Counted from the stretch's first letter, positions 30,737 to 40,750 are shown. The stretch: 64,000 nt of DNA from Candidatus Latescibacterota bacterium (GCA_965222075.1 OZ244937.1:1728001-1792000); one strand, 5' to 3'. Notes: generated by a model not told the origin, from the sequence alone. Numbers and translations are program-made.

Positions 30737-32824
30737 CGAAAGACTCTCCCTACATTGTTCTGTGCAATAATGCTGAACGGGATGGCAGTAAGTCTGGAAA
30801 ATCCGTGAAGCAGCTTAACTATCTGGAGGAAGCTACCAAGAACGTCAAGCTCCTGCTTCCTGATTTTGTCAGAGGGGTTTATCATTTACCTGATCGACTA
30901 TTAGATCTTCTTGAGATAGCATCATATGTTTACTGCGCCGACCGAATGACTTCTCGAGGTTCCCGAGATGCAGTAGAATATCACAGTTGGTCACGGACGT
31001 TTGAGTTTGTTATTCGGGTTCGTGATGAAGCTTTTTGGAATAAATCTGAGGTTAAGCAGGCTCTGTCGGATGCGTTGAAATTTGTAACCGGTGATCGAGA
31101 GTATCGGTTCGATTTCCAATCAGGTCATTCAACTTTACCCACCAGTCTTTTTGACAGTGAAGAGTTCAGTGTTGCCGGCGAAAATGATGTTTCTGTCATA
31201 CTTTTCTCAGGGGGGCTTGATTCATTAGCCGGAGCGCTGGAACGGCTGGTAAACACTGACGAACAAGTGTGTTTGGTTAGCCACCAGTCATTTCAGCCGA
31301 GTATCATCAGAACTCAGAAAAGTCTTGCCAATGCTCTCAAATCACTCTTCCCTGATCGAGTACACCACTATCGCTTCAAGTGCAGTTTGAAAGGTATTCG
31401 TCCGCCAGAGGAAACTCAACGGAGCAGATCATTTCTCTACACGAGTGTCGCTTTTGCATTGGCCTATGCATATGAACAGAGGCAGTTCTATGTGTACGAA
31501 AACGGCTTCACCAGCATCAATTTCGCTCGGCGGGAAGATCTTGCTAATGCACGGGCAAGTAGAACAACACATCCTCAAACGATAGGTCTACTTCAAAAGT
31601 TCTTCTCACTATTTGTGGATGAATCCTTCAGTATTGAGATTCCTTTTCTCTGGAAAACCAAAACGGAAGTATTTGAGTCCATCAATGCCAGTGGACATCC
31701 CAAGCTAATTTCCAGCGCTGTATCGTGCAATAAAACTTTTCAAAATTTAGAACAGGCCACCCATTGTGGCCAATGTTTCCAGTGTGTTGACCGTCGGATA
31801 GCAGCATATGCGTCTGAATCTGAAGACTTTGACGATTCAGGGATATATGCTGCTAATTTTATATCGGAAACTATGGTCTGCGGAGAGACAAAAACTACGG
31901 TTGTTGACTATTTGCGCCAATCTCGAAATTTCGCAAAGTGGAATGTTGATTATTTCTACAAAAAGATGATGAACGGTCTTCGGGAGCTGATAGACTGGAT
32001 ACCTGACTGCAGAGATGATACCCAAATTGTTGAGAAAGTTTGGAGTTTATGCAATAGACATGGTAACCAGGTATTTGATGCAATTAAGCGTATGAGAGAT
32101 ATCCATGACAATTTATACCAACCGATAGAGGAAGGTTCGTTACTCAAGTTGATCTCCGAACGCGAATATTTGAAAGAGCCAATCGAACGGTTGGTTTCAT
32201 CTATACGAGAGAAGGTCTCAGACGCTATCCCTGCTATGTTTCGTCAGAATAAGCCTACAAATGAAAATGATCTGAACACAAAAGTTCATGCACTGCTTAA
32301 GACACACTGGCAGGATTTAAGGAGTGAACATCCTGAAGTTTCCTTTGCAGTGGCTCAGGTAGTTCCTGACCACAAAATCGGCACTGATCTACTTATAGAA
32401 TCAAAAGAGTGTGTAGGATTTTACGGGCGAAATAACAGTCTGTAAAAAAATCACTTACGAAATTTGTTATCGTGAATTTTCTTGCTTTTCAGGCCAAACA
32501 TTTAAAGTATCCTCGATGTTTGGTCTCAATGAGCAGCCTCAGGGGCCAAAATGGGATTTGGGAAATGTCGAGCAGGCATTTATGCTGTCTGAAAGCCCTT
32601 TCAAAGCGCCCGCGATTTCCTACACACTCGAATCAAAATACATTCGAGACAGTACAACCCCCAGCGTAGCAACAGATGGAATCGCGGCTGATCTTACGAA
32701 ATATCCTGTGGATTTACACATTTTGTTTCTCGTTTATGATCCCACGCACAGGATTGCTGATGATCAAGAATTCATTAAAGACATCGAAGCAAAAGGCCGC
32801 TGCACTGTCTGTATACTCCGTTGA
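30733..32824 (+). pseudogene. QatC/QueC-like PP-loop enzyme fused to a PD-(D/E)xK nuclease, interrupted by a MITE
   Basis: LDLLEIASYVYCADR..R...W.R, FSGGLDS, QRSRSFLY, SRTTHP, SC..HCGQCFQCVDRR; removing the insert restores PDH...LLIESKYIR...DLTKY..LFLVYDP (619 aa). Confidence 0.85.
32407..32629. mobile_element. Non-autonomous MITE, 223 bp
   Basis: Terminal inverted repeats GAGTGTGTAGGA/TCCTACACACTC (imperfect to 23 bp); 9-bp target duplication GAATCAAAA at 32398-32406 and 32630-32638; no transposase. Confidence 0.92.
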
Positions 32825-32846
32825 GGAGATTAGCCAGGGTAAAGTT

Positions 32847-33023
32847 ATGAATTTGCGAGATCGTTATCGTAGTGTCTTTCTGGGACTTGCCACAGGGGAC
32901 GTGCTGGGAACGACGCTGGAGTTTGCGCATTCAGGACAATTTGAGCCGATTGAAGATATGATTCGTGGTGGTCCATTTGGACTGGAACCCGGTCAATGTA
33001 CAGATGACACCGGGATTGCCTAA
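32847..33023 (+). pseudogene. N-terminal remnant of an ADP-ribosylglycohydrolase
   Basis: DRYRSVFLGLATGDVLG..LEF...GGPFGLEPGQCTDDT, then stop. Confidence 0.8.
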
Positions 33024-33172
33024 CGCTCGTTGTCTCTCAACTTCAGGTGCCTTCCAATACTTCAGAGACACCGGCCGTAGCGTGACAAACGGTCGATCGA
33101 AAGCTAAGCGTTTCACCGCTGACCGGATGAGCCATCCGCTCGGCAGATTGAGTCGTTCGATTGCCGCCTCAA

Positions 33173-33901
33173 TCACGTCTCGCTTCCGTAAGTCGCCATA
33201 TAGCGCCGCTCGACCCGGCCTGAGACCAGCATAGCACCGATTATGATCAACCACAGAAAAAATGCAGTCCCGATCGCAGGGTGAATCATCGTAGCGGCGT
33301 CAAACCAGATGAACTGCATCGCGACGCCCAAGACCGCCGACACCGGCGCTATCTTGCGCAGCGTACCGCCCACCCGCCACTGATACGGGGAGGCGACTAT
33401 CAGCGCGACCCCGGCCGCGGCGAAGCCCGCTTTGCCGGTAATCCACCTGATGCTGGACATCCAATTCAATACGGTGAGGTCGGTCATTGGAGAATCCCCG
33501 GCGGTTGAAACGGGATCCAGCGCCATATGAACCGCTATCAGGATGGCGCATGCACCCGACGCGGCCGTGAAGCCACCCGACACAACGAACAGGTACGGGA
33601 CGAGCGGTGTTGCCCGGCGCCCACGGATGATCCATGTTTGCAGCAATAACCAGCCTGCCGCGAGAAACGACATGCCGGACAGCAGGCGGGCAATTCCCGA
33701 GGTGACGTACATAAGGGGATATTCTGAGACAGCTTGAAGAGACTGCCGCAGCGTTGGCTGGTCGGCGTCGGCAGCCACCCTGGTGTAAACCATTACTACT
33801 GTGAACATCGCAGCAAGCAGCAACAGAACACCTGCCCTACGAGCCGCCCGGTCCGGTGACTGTACCGGCGCGGATGCTGGCGAACTGGTCGCATCGGACA
33901 T
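33173..33901 (-). CDS. Multi-pass membrane protein of unknown function
   Basis: 242 aa, about 6 hydrophobic helices, GGAGG RBS. Confidence 0.7.
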   Translation of the reverse strand: MSDATSSPASAPVQSPDRAARRAGVLLLLAAMFTVVMVYTRVAADADQPTLRQSLQAVSEYPLMYVTSGIARLLSGMSFLAAGWLLLQTWIIRGRRATPLVPYLFVVSGGFTAASGACAILIAVHMALDPVSTAGDSPMTDLTVLNWMSSIRWITGKAGFAAAGVALIVASPYQWRVGGTLRKIAPVSAVLGVAMQFIWFDAATMIHPAIGTAFFLWLIIIGAMLVSGRVERRYMATYGSET

Positions 33902-34056
33902 TTCTGTAACCTCCCTCCGGTCGGCCTGGTACAGGACCTGATCCGGATTGAATCGGAAGCCGCCACAGGGTTGATTCCAGGCTATTTTCTCAGTTCTGAG
34001 GCCAACGGAGCCGCTTGGAGGATATCTCGTACGCTTAGAAAACAGGATCTTGCCCT

Positions 34057-35085
34057 ATGGCTTTTGGAGTCGCGGTGCTCGGCACCGGCCGCATCGGCGG
34101 CAGATACATCGAGGTGGTGAAGAAGACGCCCGGCGCCGACATCGTGGTCGTTGCCGAGCCCAGGGAGGATGCCGCCGCGTCCTGGCGGGACCGACATCCC
34201 GACGTCGATTTCGTCGCCGACTACCGGGAAACCCTCGAACGGGACGACGTGGATGTCATCATCGGAACCCTGCCGCACTGGCTCCACTACCAGGCCGCGC
34301 TCGACGCCGCGGCGGCTGGCAAGCACATCTACATGGAGAAACCGACCGCGGTCTGGGCTTCGCAGGCGGAGGAGATGCTGGACGCGGCCCGCGAAAACGG
34401 CGTCAAGCTCATGACCGCGCACACGCAGCGGTATTTTCCCGCCGTCAAAGCGATGAAGGGCGTCGTCGACCGCGGCGACCTGGGGTCGGTGATCATGGCC
34501 TACGACGTGTGGCACAAGCCCTACGGCCCGTACAACCGTCCGGAATGGATGCTGGACCGCGACCGCGGCGGCGGGATGGGTCAAATGGACGGCACGCACC
34601 AGATCGACCGTCTGCTCTGGATCATCGGTTACGACATCGCTACCGTTTCGGCGCAGCAGGGGCAGTTCACCTACCCGAAATCGGAGCATCCCGCGATCAA
34701 CTGCGACGACACCGGCATGTACTTCATCCGATGGAAGAGCGGTATCGTGGCGACAATCAGCCGCATCGCATGGGAGCGCGGCGCGACAGAGTACGGCGGC
34801 GACTGGTTCTTCACCAACGGAATGGCACGCTTCCGCCTGTCCTATGGCGGTGGTGGCTCTCCGGGGTTATTCATCGCCGACACGGGCGCCGGCACGTGGC
34901 GACGCGAAGCCGTGCCAATTCGCGACAGCCTGCTGGACGAATTCACCGAGTTCATCGAGTCGCTTGAACGAGGTGACGAAGATACACCCATACCTCAGGT
35001 TCACGGCCTGAACGTACTTAAAGTGCTCGAAGCAACCGAAGAATCTGCGCGCACCGGGCGCGAAGTGGTGCTAAGTCTGGAATAA
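34057..35085 (+). CDS. Gfo/Idh/MocA family oxidoreductase
   Basis: VLGTGRIG, GKHIYMEKP, GGG..MDGTHQID. Confidence 0.9.
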   Translation: MAFGVAVLGTGRIGGRYIEVVKKTPGADIVVVAEPREDAAASWRDRHPDVDFVADYRETLERDDVDVIIGTLPHWLHYQAALDAAAAGKHIYMEKPTAVWASQAEEMLDAARENGVKLMTAHTQRYFPAVKAMKGVVDRGDLGSVIMAYDVWHKPYGPYNRPEWMLDRDRGGGMGQMDGTHQIDRLLWIIGYDIATVSAQQGQFTYPKSEHPAINCDDTGMYFIRWKSGIVATISRIAWERGATEYGGDWFFTNGMARFRLSYGGGGSPGLFIADTGAGTWRREAVPIRDSLLDEFTEFIESLERGDEDTPIPQVHGLNVLKVLEATEESARTGREVVLSLE

Positions 35086-35184
35086 AAATGAGAGGGTAAC
35101 AGGTGTTCGAGGAGCATATCGATGGGACTCTCGGCGAGCTTGAACGCCGGCAGACAGGGAACGCACGTAAGGAGAGATACGCAA

Positions 35185-35970
35185 ATGAACAAAATACGCA
35201 CACTTTTCGAGGAGAACGGCTACTACCTGGCCAAAGGCGTCTTTTCGCCAGACGAAGTGGGCCGGCTTGAAAACGAATTTGATCGAATCGTACAACAACT
35301 CAACGAACACGACGACAGCGGCACCTTGAACAATAACGGTGTCATCGACACACGCAATGTGCAGCAGTATTCGGGGCTATGGATGGCGGCCCTGCTTCAC
35401 GAAAAGTTCCTCGACATTGTTGAACAGTTCATCGGTCCCGACATCGTTCTCAACCATACCACACTCTTTGAGAAGCGGATGACAACTGCTCCAACGCCCT
35501 TCCGGATGCACCAGGACTGGAGCTATCTGCCAACCCGGATAAACACCATGATTGCAGGAATGATCCATGTCAGCGAAGCCACGGAGGAAATGGGCTGCCT
35601 CAGAGTCTATCCCGGCTCGCACAGACACGGCCGGGTGGAAGGCTCTACTGCCGTTCATGCCGCGTTCCACAAACAGTTCCCATTTGAAGGCGCCACGGCG
35701 ATTGAAGCCCAGCCGGGTGACGTCATCTTCTTCGATTACTTCATTGTACACGGTTCGACGTCCAACCGCTCTGAAACGCCAAGGAAGGTGGTGATTGCGC
35801 GGATGTTTTCCGGCAGGGACCAAAAGGAGGACATCTACCAGTTCAGTGAAAATCTGGTGTTGCGCGGATGGAACTACCATACGACCTCCGCCACGGCCAG
35901 GAAAGCAGTTTTGAGGCCCGCAAAGAACACCGGAGAACCCGCTGACACAGAGAACGCACAGAAAAGCTGA
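35185..35970 (+). CDS. Phytanoyl-CoA dioxygenase (PhyH) family protein
   Basis: ENGYY, HQD, GCLRVYPGSH, GDVIFF..VHGS..N.S..R. Confidence 0.88.
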   Translation: MNKIRTLFEENGYYLAKGVFSPDEVGRLENEFDRIVQQLNEHDDSGTLNNNGVIDTRNVQQYSGLWMAALLHEKFLDIVEQFIGPDIVLNHTTLFEKRMTTAPTPFRMHQDWSYLPTRINTMIAGMIHVSEATEEMGCLRVYPGSHRHGRVEGSTAVHAAFHKQFPFEGATAIEAQPGDVIFFDYFIVHGSTSNRSETPRKVVIARMFSGRDQKEDIYQFSENLVLRGWNYHTTSATARKAVLRPAKNTGEPADTENAQKS

Positions 35971-36126
35971 CATCATTTTACCGCTCAAACGGAGCAACCG
36001 GCACGTGGGCGTGGACGAGGCCGACGACGAGATCGTCGACTCTCTTGATGTCCGAAGGGGAAGTGATCTCGCAATGACACCACGCCCAGCAAGAATGTGG
36101 ACAATTGGAACGAAAGGCAGTATCGC

Positions 36127-37449
36127 ATGATTACGAAAATTGAGATCGGAGGCTACCGGCTCCTCGACGAGTTTGAGGCAGACTTCAAGCCGCTGACAGT
36201 GGTGATCGGCGCAAATGCCGTCGGCAAAAGTACGCTGATCGATTGTCTGCAACTGATTGCCGAGTGTTGCGAGGTTCCCCTGAATACCGCGATTGGGTTG
36301 CATTATGGGGCAGCGTCCCTTCTTACGTCAGGGAACGGGAATGGGCAATTGACCTGGAACATCACTTTTCATGAGCCCACCACGTGGGATGCTTTGCCAT
36401 TGGAACACGAAGAGCCTCTGGTGTATGAGGTCGTTCTTCAGGCCGACCCACAGGGCCAGATGCACCCGCAATACGAGGTTCTCAGGACTCAAGAGCCAAG
36501 ACAGGGATACAGCAACCCCCTCAAGTTTCTGGAGGTGACCCCGTATCGACGGCATATATTCGACAGAACAAAGCACCGATTGATACCGTTTGATGAAACG
36601 CAATCCGCACCTGATGTTGTCCGCGATGCCGATTCAGCGGCAGCCCCGCCGAGGAGCGGAGGAACAGGCCTGCCTGCAGCGCAGGGCACTGCGCAGGCAG
36701 GCGCACAACAGGAGGCCGCGCTGCTGCTATCACAAATCCGATTCTTCAACGAGTTTCCCGTTCCTTCCTGGGTACGCGTTCTATTGGCGAATATGGCGTT
36801 CTATCCGGGTTTCGATGTGACACGGTCTTCCACGCTTCGCACCAGGGCCGCCGATATCAAACCAATTACAAGATTATCGGCTAACGGCGACAACCTGGGT
36901 ACCGTGCTGCACGAAATCCTGACCCGATACGATTACCGGTCAGCAGCAGAGGAGTTGCGCGATTTTCTGCGCGTAGCCTATCCCGCATTTGAGGACATCC
37001 ATTGCGATACCACCTATGGAACGCCGCCGCAAGTGCTCGCTGTGGTGCGCGAGAAAGGCATGTCCCGCTCCATGAATCTGTGGGATCTTTCGGACGGCAT
37101 GCTGCGATTCCTTTGCCTGGCGACAGCTCTGTTGAATCCGCAACCTCTGCCACTGGTAGCGATTGACGAACCGGAATTGGGTTTGCATCCCGGTCTGTTG
37201 CCGATTGTGGCGGAAATGATCAAGACAGCGGCGGAGCGCACCCAGGTGCTCGTGACGACACACAGCCCGGATTTGCTCAACTGCTTTGACATAGCCGATG
37301 TTGCCGTGATGGCGCGGAATGCAGACGACGCAAAGGTCGCGTGGCATCGTCCCGCGAACCGTAAGACGCTTGTGCAAATGCTCGAAAACGTTACTGATGA
37401 AACCCTTGGCGACCTGCACCGCTCCGGCGAACTGGAGGCGGTTGTATGA
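36127..37449 (+). CDS. ABC/AAA_21-type ATPase (OLD/AbiEii-like)
   Basis: GANAVGKS, LSDGMLR, IDEPELGLHP, VTTHSP. Confidence 0.85.
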   Translation: MITKIEIGGYRLLDEFEADFKPLTVVIGANAVGKSTLIDCLQLIAECCEVPLNTAIGLHYGAASLLTSGNGNGQLTWNITFHEPTTWDALPLEHEEPLVYEVVLQADPQGQMHPQYEVLRTQEPRQGYSNPLKFLEVTPYRRHIFDRTKHRLIPFDETQSAPDVVRDADSAAAPPRSGGTGLPAAQGTAQAGAQQEAALLLSQIRFFNEFPVPSWVRVLLANMAFYPGFDVTRSSTLRTRAADIKPITRLSANGDNLGTVLHEILTRYDYRSAAEELRDFLRVAYPAFEDIHCDTTYGTPPQVLAVVREKGMSRSMNLWDLSDGMLRFLCLATALLNPQPLPLVAIDEPELGLHPGLLPIVAEMIKTAAERTQVLVTTHSPDLLNCFDIADVAVMARNADDAKVAWHRPANRKTLVQMLENVTDETLGDLHRSGELEAVV

Positions 37450-37535
37450 AACGGTGGAATTCACCTAAGCAACGCAGATCCCACCAGTATACCGGCAAAA
37501 CTCATCGCATATAGGCAAGAAGAGGAAGCACAATT

Positions 37536-38393
37536 ATGGATCATCGCATAGAAATCAATCGAAGGAACTGGAACGAGCGCACCCCTGTTCATGCCGCCTC
37601 TGAATTCTACGATGTGGCGGGATTCCGCAATGGTCAGATAACGCTGAACGACATAGAAAGAACTGAAGTGGGCTCCGTTGAAGGCAAGTCCCTTCTGCAC
37701 CTCCAGTGTCATTTTGGCATGGACACTATGTCGTGGGCCCGCTTGGGCGCGCAGGCGACAGGGGTTGACATCTCAGACGCCGCGATCGATTTAGCGCAGG
37801 CACTGAATGATGAACTTCAATTGAATACTCGGTTTATCCGTTCCAATGTCTACGACCTGCCCGATGTGCTGGATGAAGAGTTCGACATCGTATACATGGT
37901 TATGGGCGTGCTCTGCTGGTTGCCAGATTTGTCTGAATGGGCGCATATCATCGCCAGATTTCTCAAGCCCAACGGTATTTTCTACATCTTGGATGGCCAC
38001 CCGTTCTCGCACGTATTTGAATCTGAAGAGAACCAGGCTGGAGTTCAAGAACTACGAGTGCGATACCCATACTTCAAAAAAACCGAAGGTGAGTTCTACG
38101 AAGGTGGTAACCACAGTTATGCGGGTTCGGGCATAATAGAAGCTGGGTGTTACGAGTGGCAGCACAGCGTTGGTGAGATACTGAATGCCATCCTGGATGC
38201 TGGATTGCGGATCCAGTTCTTCCACGAGTTTGCACACAGTGGCTATAAAGCTTTTTCGTGCATGGAAAAAGGCAGGGATGGCTGGTGGCGGCTTACATCG
38301 CACAACGACTCAGTCCCACAATTATTCTCGCTGAAGGCGACTAATGGTCGATTTCGCAAATACACATGCAGAAGTGGCGAAAAAGGTGGGTAG
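37536..38393 (+). CDS. Class I SAM-dependent methyltransferase
   Basis: NRRNWNER..VH..S.FYD, LLHLQCHFGMDT, GVLCWLPD. Confidence 0.88.
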   Translation: MDHRIEINRRNWNERTPVHAASEFYDVAGFRNGQITLNDIERTEVGSVEGKSLLHLQCHFGMDTMSWARLGAQATGVDISDAAIDLAQALNDELQLNTRFIRSNVYDLPDVLDEEFDIVYMVMGVLCWLPDLSEWAHIIARFLKPNGIFYILDGHPFSHVFESEENQAGVQELRVRYPYFKKTEGEFYEGGNHSYAGSGIIEAGCYEWQHSVGEILNAILDAGLRIQFFHEFAHSGYKAFSCMEKGRDGWWRLTSHNDSVPQLFSLKATNGRFRKYTCRSGEKGG

Positions 38394-38454
38394 AAGAAGG
38401 CTTCACTTTGGATGATCTTCCCCGCAGTGGGCGATGCCGTCTGCGCCAAAGCGG

Positions 38455-38570
38455 CTCCCATTACTCCCCCCTTGAGGGGGAGTCGGCAAGGCAGGGGCAC
38501 CAGCCCGCAGCGGTCGATACCTGGCGGGAATTCACGGCCCCCCCTCATTACTCCCCCCCCAGGGGGGAAT
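38455..38570. repeat. REP-like palindromic repeats (ATTACTCCCCCC..GGGGG family), two units
   Basis: CATTACTCCCCCCTTGAGGGGGAGTCG and CATTACTCCCCCCCCAGGGGGGA; inverted relative at 41798-41828. Confidence 0.65.
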
Positions 38571-38665
38571 GGAAAAACCGCGGGCTTCGACCCGCATCTC
38601 CCCACTTGCTGCTTTAGCCGCATGACAGGCATTTCGGCAACAGCATCCTAAACGGGGGAACTCCA

Positions 38666-39523
38666 ATGCATCCGATTGAGCATTTGTTGTATTTTAGCTG
38701 TACTTTGATTCACTGGGTGGTGCCATCCCATCCGGTTCACAGGTTGATGAATGCACAACATGCGGTGTTTACGCCGGCGCAGGGGCATGTGGGGGTCATT
38801 GTTCTTATCACCTGTCTGACGATTACATCCTGTACCTCCACGCAGGGTGCAGCCGAGGCTGAGTTCAGCTTCACTTTTCAAAGTGATGCCGAAGGCTGGA
38901 CGGCCGGATTTGCCGACCTTCCCGCCGACTTCGAGCCATCGATCTACGAACTCGACTCCGGTTATCGCCCTCTTCCACCAGGTCTCGAAGGCAATGGTCT
39001 CTACATCCAGGGACATAATCGCAGCGACGACCTCTTTATGTTTTTCAAGAGGCGGATTGACGGGCTTAGGGCAGATGCGACCTACGCGGTATTCGCGTCC
39101 CTCGACCTGGCGACCAGCGTTCCGTCCAACTCCTTTGGCATCGGTGGCTCTCCCGGCGAGAGCGTGTACGTAAAAGCGGGAGCGTCCACCGTTGAACCCG
39201 TAGCAGTGGGGGAAAACCTCAGAATGAACATCAACAAGGGAAACCAATCCAACGGCGGCGAGTCAATGGTCGTTCTGGGAAACGTCGCTCATCCCGAGGT
39301 TAGCGGCGAAGAGTTCCGGCTCAAATCTCTTGACAACGCCGACAATCCAGTGAATGTCACCACTGACAGCAAGGGCGGGCTCTGGCTGATCGTCGGTACC
39401 GACTCTGGCTTTGAGGGACTGAGCACTTTCTACTACGCCCGCATTTCCTACACACTCAAAATAGTGGAATCCCCCAACCCGGGGGCTTCACTTCTCGGGC
39501 CGAATAACCGGAGTTTGGATTAG
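38666..39523 (+). CDS. Secreted/lipoprotein of unknown function preceded in frame by a sterol-desaturase-like fragment
   Basis: First ~41 aa (MHPIEHLLYFS...GH) resemble a sterol desaturase segment; followed by a hydrophobic stretch, ITSC and a beta-rich domain (GW.AGFAD.P, GTDSGFEG). Confidence 0.6.
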   Translation: MHPIEHLLYFSCTLIHWVVPSHPVHRLMNAQHAVFTPAQGHVGVIVLITCLTITSCTSTQGAAEAEFSFTFQSDAEGWTAGFADLPADFEPSIYELDSGYRPLPPGLEGNGLYIQGHNRSDDLFMFFKRRIDGLRADATYAVFASLDLATSVPSNSFGIGGSPGESVYVKAGASTVEPVAVGENLRMNINKGNQSNGGESMVVLGNVAHPEVSGEEFRLKSLDNADNPVNVTTDSKGGLWLIVGTDSGFEGLSTFYYARISYTLKIVESPNPGASLLGPNNRSLD

Positions 39524-39713
39524 GTTTGCGCGGGCACTCAATCCCCAGGTTCACCTATACTCAAGCCCCTTGGCTGGAAACACCCGAGTTTTTCGACGAA
39601 CATCGATCTGGCGTCCTCCCGCTTCACCCGGATCAGGAGTTGCCCTGTTGGTTCAATAACCGCGCACGCCACAGGAGGGGACAATGCAAAATGAGACACG
39701 CTCCTTCAGTGGC

Positions 39714-40712
39714 CTATATCCGCAGGACCGCCGCTCCGTTGAGCTGTCCATTTTTCATTCGCCTTAAGGCGGTGTTCGCGTGCGCAAGTGGGTATGCTTC
39801 GGTCTGAGTATGGAGCGGTATGCTGTGTGCCAGGTGGAGCAACGCCTGCCCGTCCTGGCGCGTGTTGGCCGTGACACTGCGGAGGGTGCGCTCATAGAAG
39901 AGAGCGTCGGCATAATCGAGCGGCGGAATCCGGGTCATGTGGACTCCGGCCAGGGCCAGGGTTCCGCCCCGGTCCAGCGCTGCCAGGGCAGGAGGGACCA
40001 GGTCTCCTGCCGGAGCAAAAATAATCGCCGCATGGAGTTTCTCCGGCAGGGGATCGGTGATCTCCCCTACCCAGGTGGCGCCTAACCGGGTGGCGAGATC
40101 GCGGTGTGTCTGGCCCCGCGTCACCACATAGACTTCGCAGTCCCAATGCCGGGCAATCTGGATGACAATATGGGCCGAACCCCCAAAGCCATACAAGCCC
40201 AGGCGTTGTTTGGGTTGGACGCCACACCGCTGTAAGGCGCGGTAGCCGATAATCCCGGCACACAGAAACGGGGCGGCTTCCACTGAGGAGAGCGCAGCAG
40301 GCAGGGGGTACACAAATGCCTCTGGAGCGACAACATATTCGGCGTAGCCACCGTGTTTGGTATAGCCGGTAAATTGAGGCTGCTGGCACAGATTTTCATC
40401 CCCGCGCCGGCAATAGATGCACTGCGTACAGGCAGCGTAGAGCCAGGCAACGCCGACCCGGTCGCCTTCCTTGAGGTGCTGTACACCTGCTCCGCTGCGT
40501 ATTACGCTGCCGACGATTTCATGGCCGGGGATGAGGGGACTGCGCTGGGCCGGCAGGTCGCCTTCGGCAATATGCAGGTCGGTCCGACACACCCCGCACA
40601 CCTCGACACGAATGAGGACTTCGCCCTGGGCCGGCCGGGGAGTCGGGAGGTCCAGCGAGTGGAGAGGATGGGTCTCGATCGGTCCGGGAGAGACAACGGC
40701 CATCGCTTGCAT
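39714..40712 (-). CDS. Zinc-dependent alcohol dehydrogenase family protein
   Basis: CGVCRTDLH, PGHEIVG, CxxCxxC..C, GFGGSAH. Confidence 0.92.
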   Translation of the reverse strand: MQAMAVVSPGPIETHPLHSLDLPTPRPAQGEVLIRVEVCGVCRTDLHIAEGDLPAQRSPLIPGHEIVGSVIRSGAGVQHLKEGDRVGVAWLYAACTQCIYCRRGDENLCQQPQFTGYTKHGGYAEYVVAPEAFVYPLPAALSSVEAAPFLCAGIIGYRALQRCGVQPKQRLGLYGFGGSAHIVIQIARHWDCEVYVVTRGQTHRDLATRLGATWVGEITDPLPEKLHAAIIFAPAGDLVPPALAALDRGGTLALAGVHMTRIPPLDYADALFYERTLRSVTANTRQDGQALLHLAHSIPLHTQTEAYPLAHANTALRRMKNGQLNGAAVLRI

Positions 40713-40750
40713 CGGGTTCCCCTGAGGTGAGACTTGTGCGCCCCCTGCTG

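Noticed and set aside
30733-32445. Housekeeping queC for queuosine synthesis
   Set aside because: Far longer than canonical QueC, carries QatC-like extensions and a nuclease tail, lacks queD/E/F neighbours and sits in a defence island.
32516-32824. Independent 102-aa gene
   Set aside because: Its first part lies inside the MITE; the remainder is the severed C-terminus of the QueC-nuclease.
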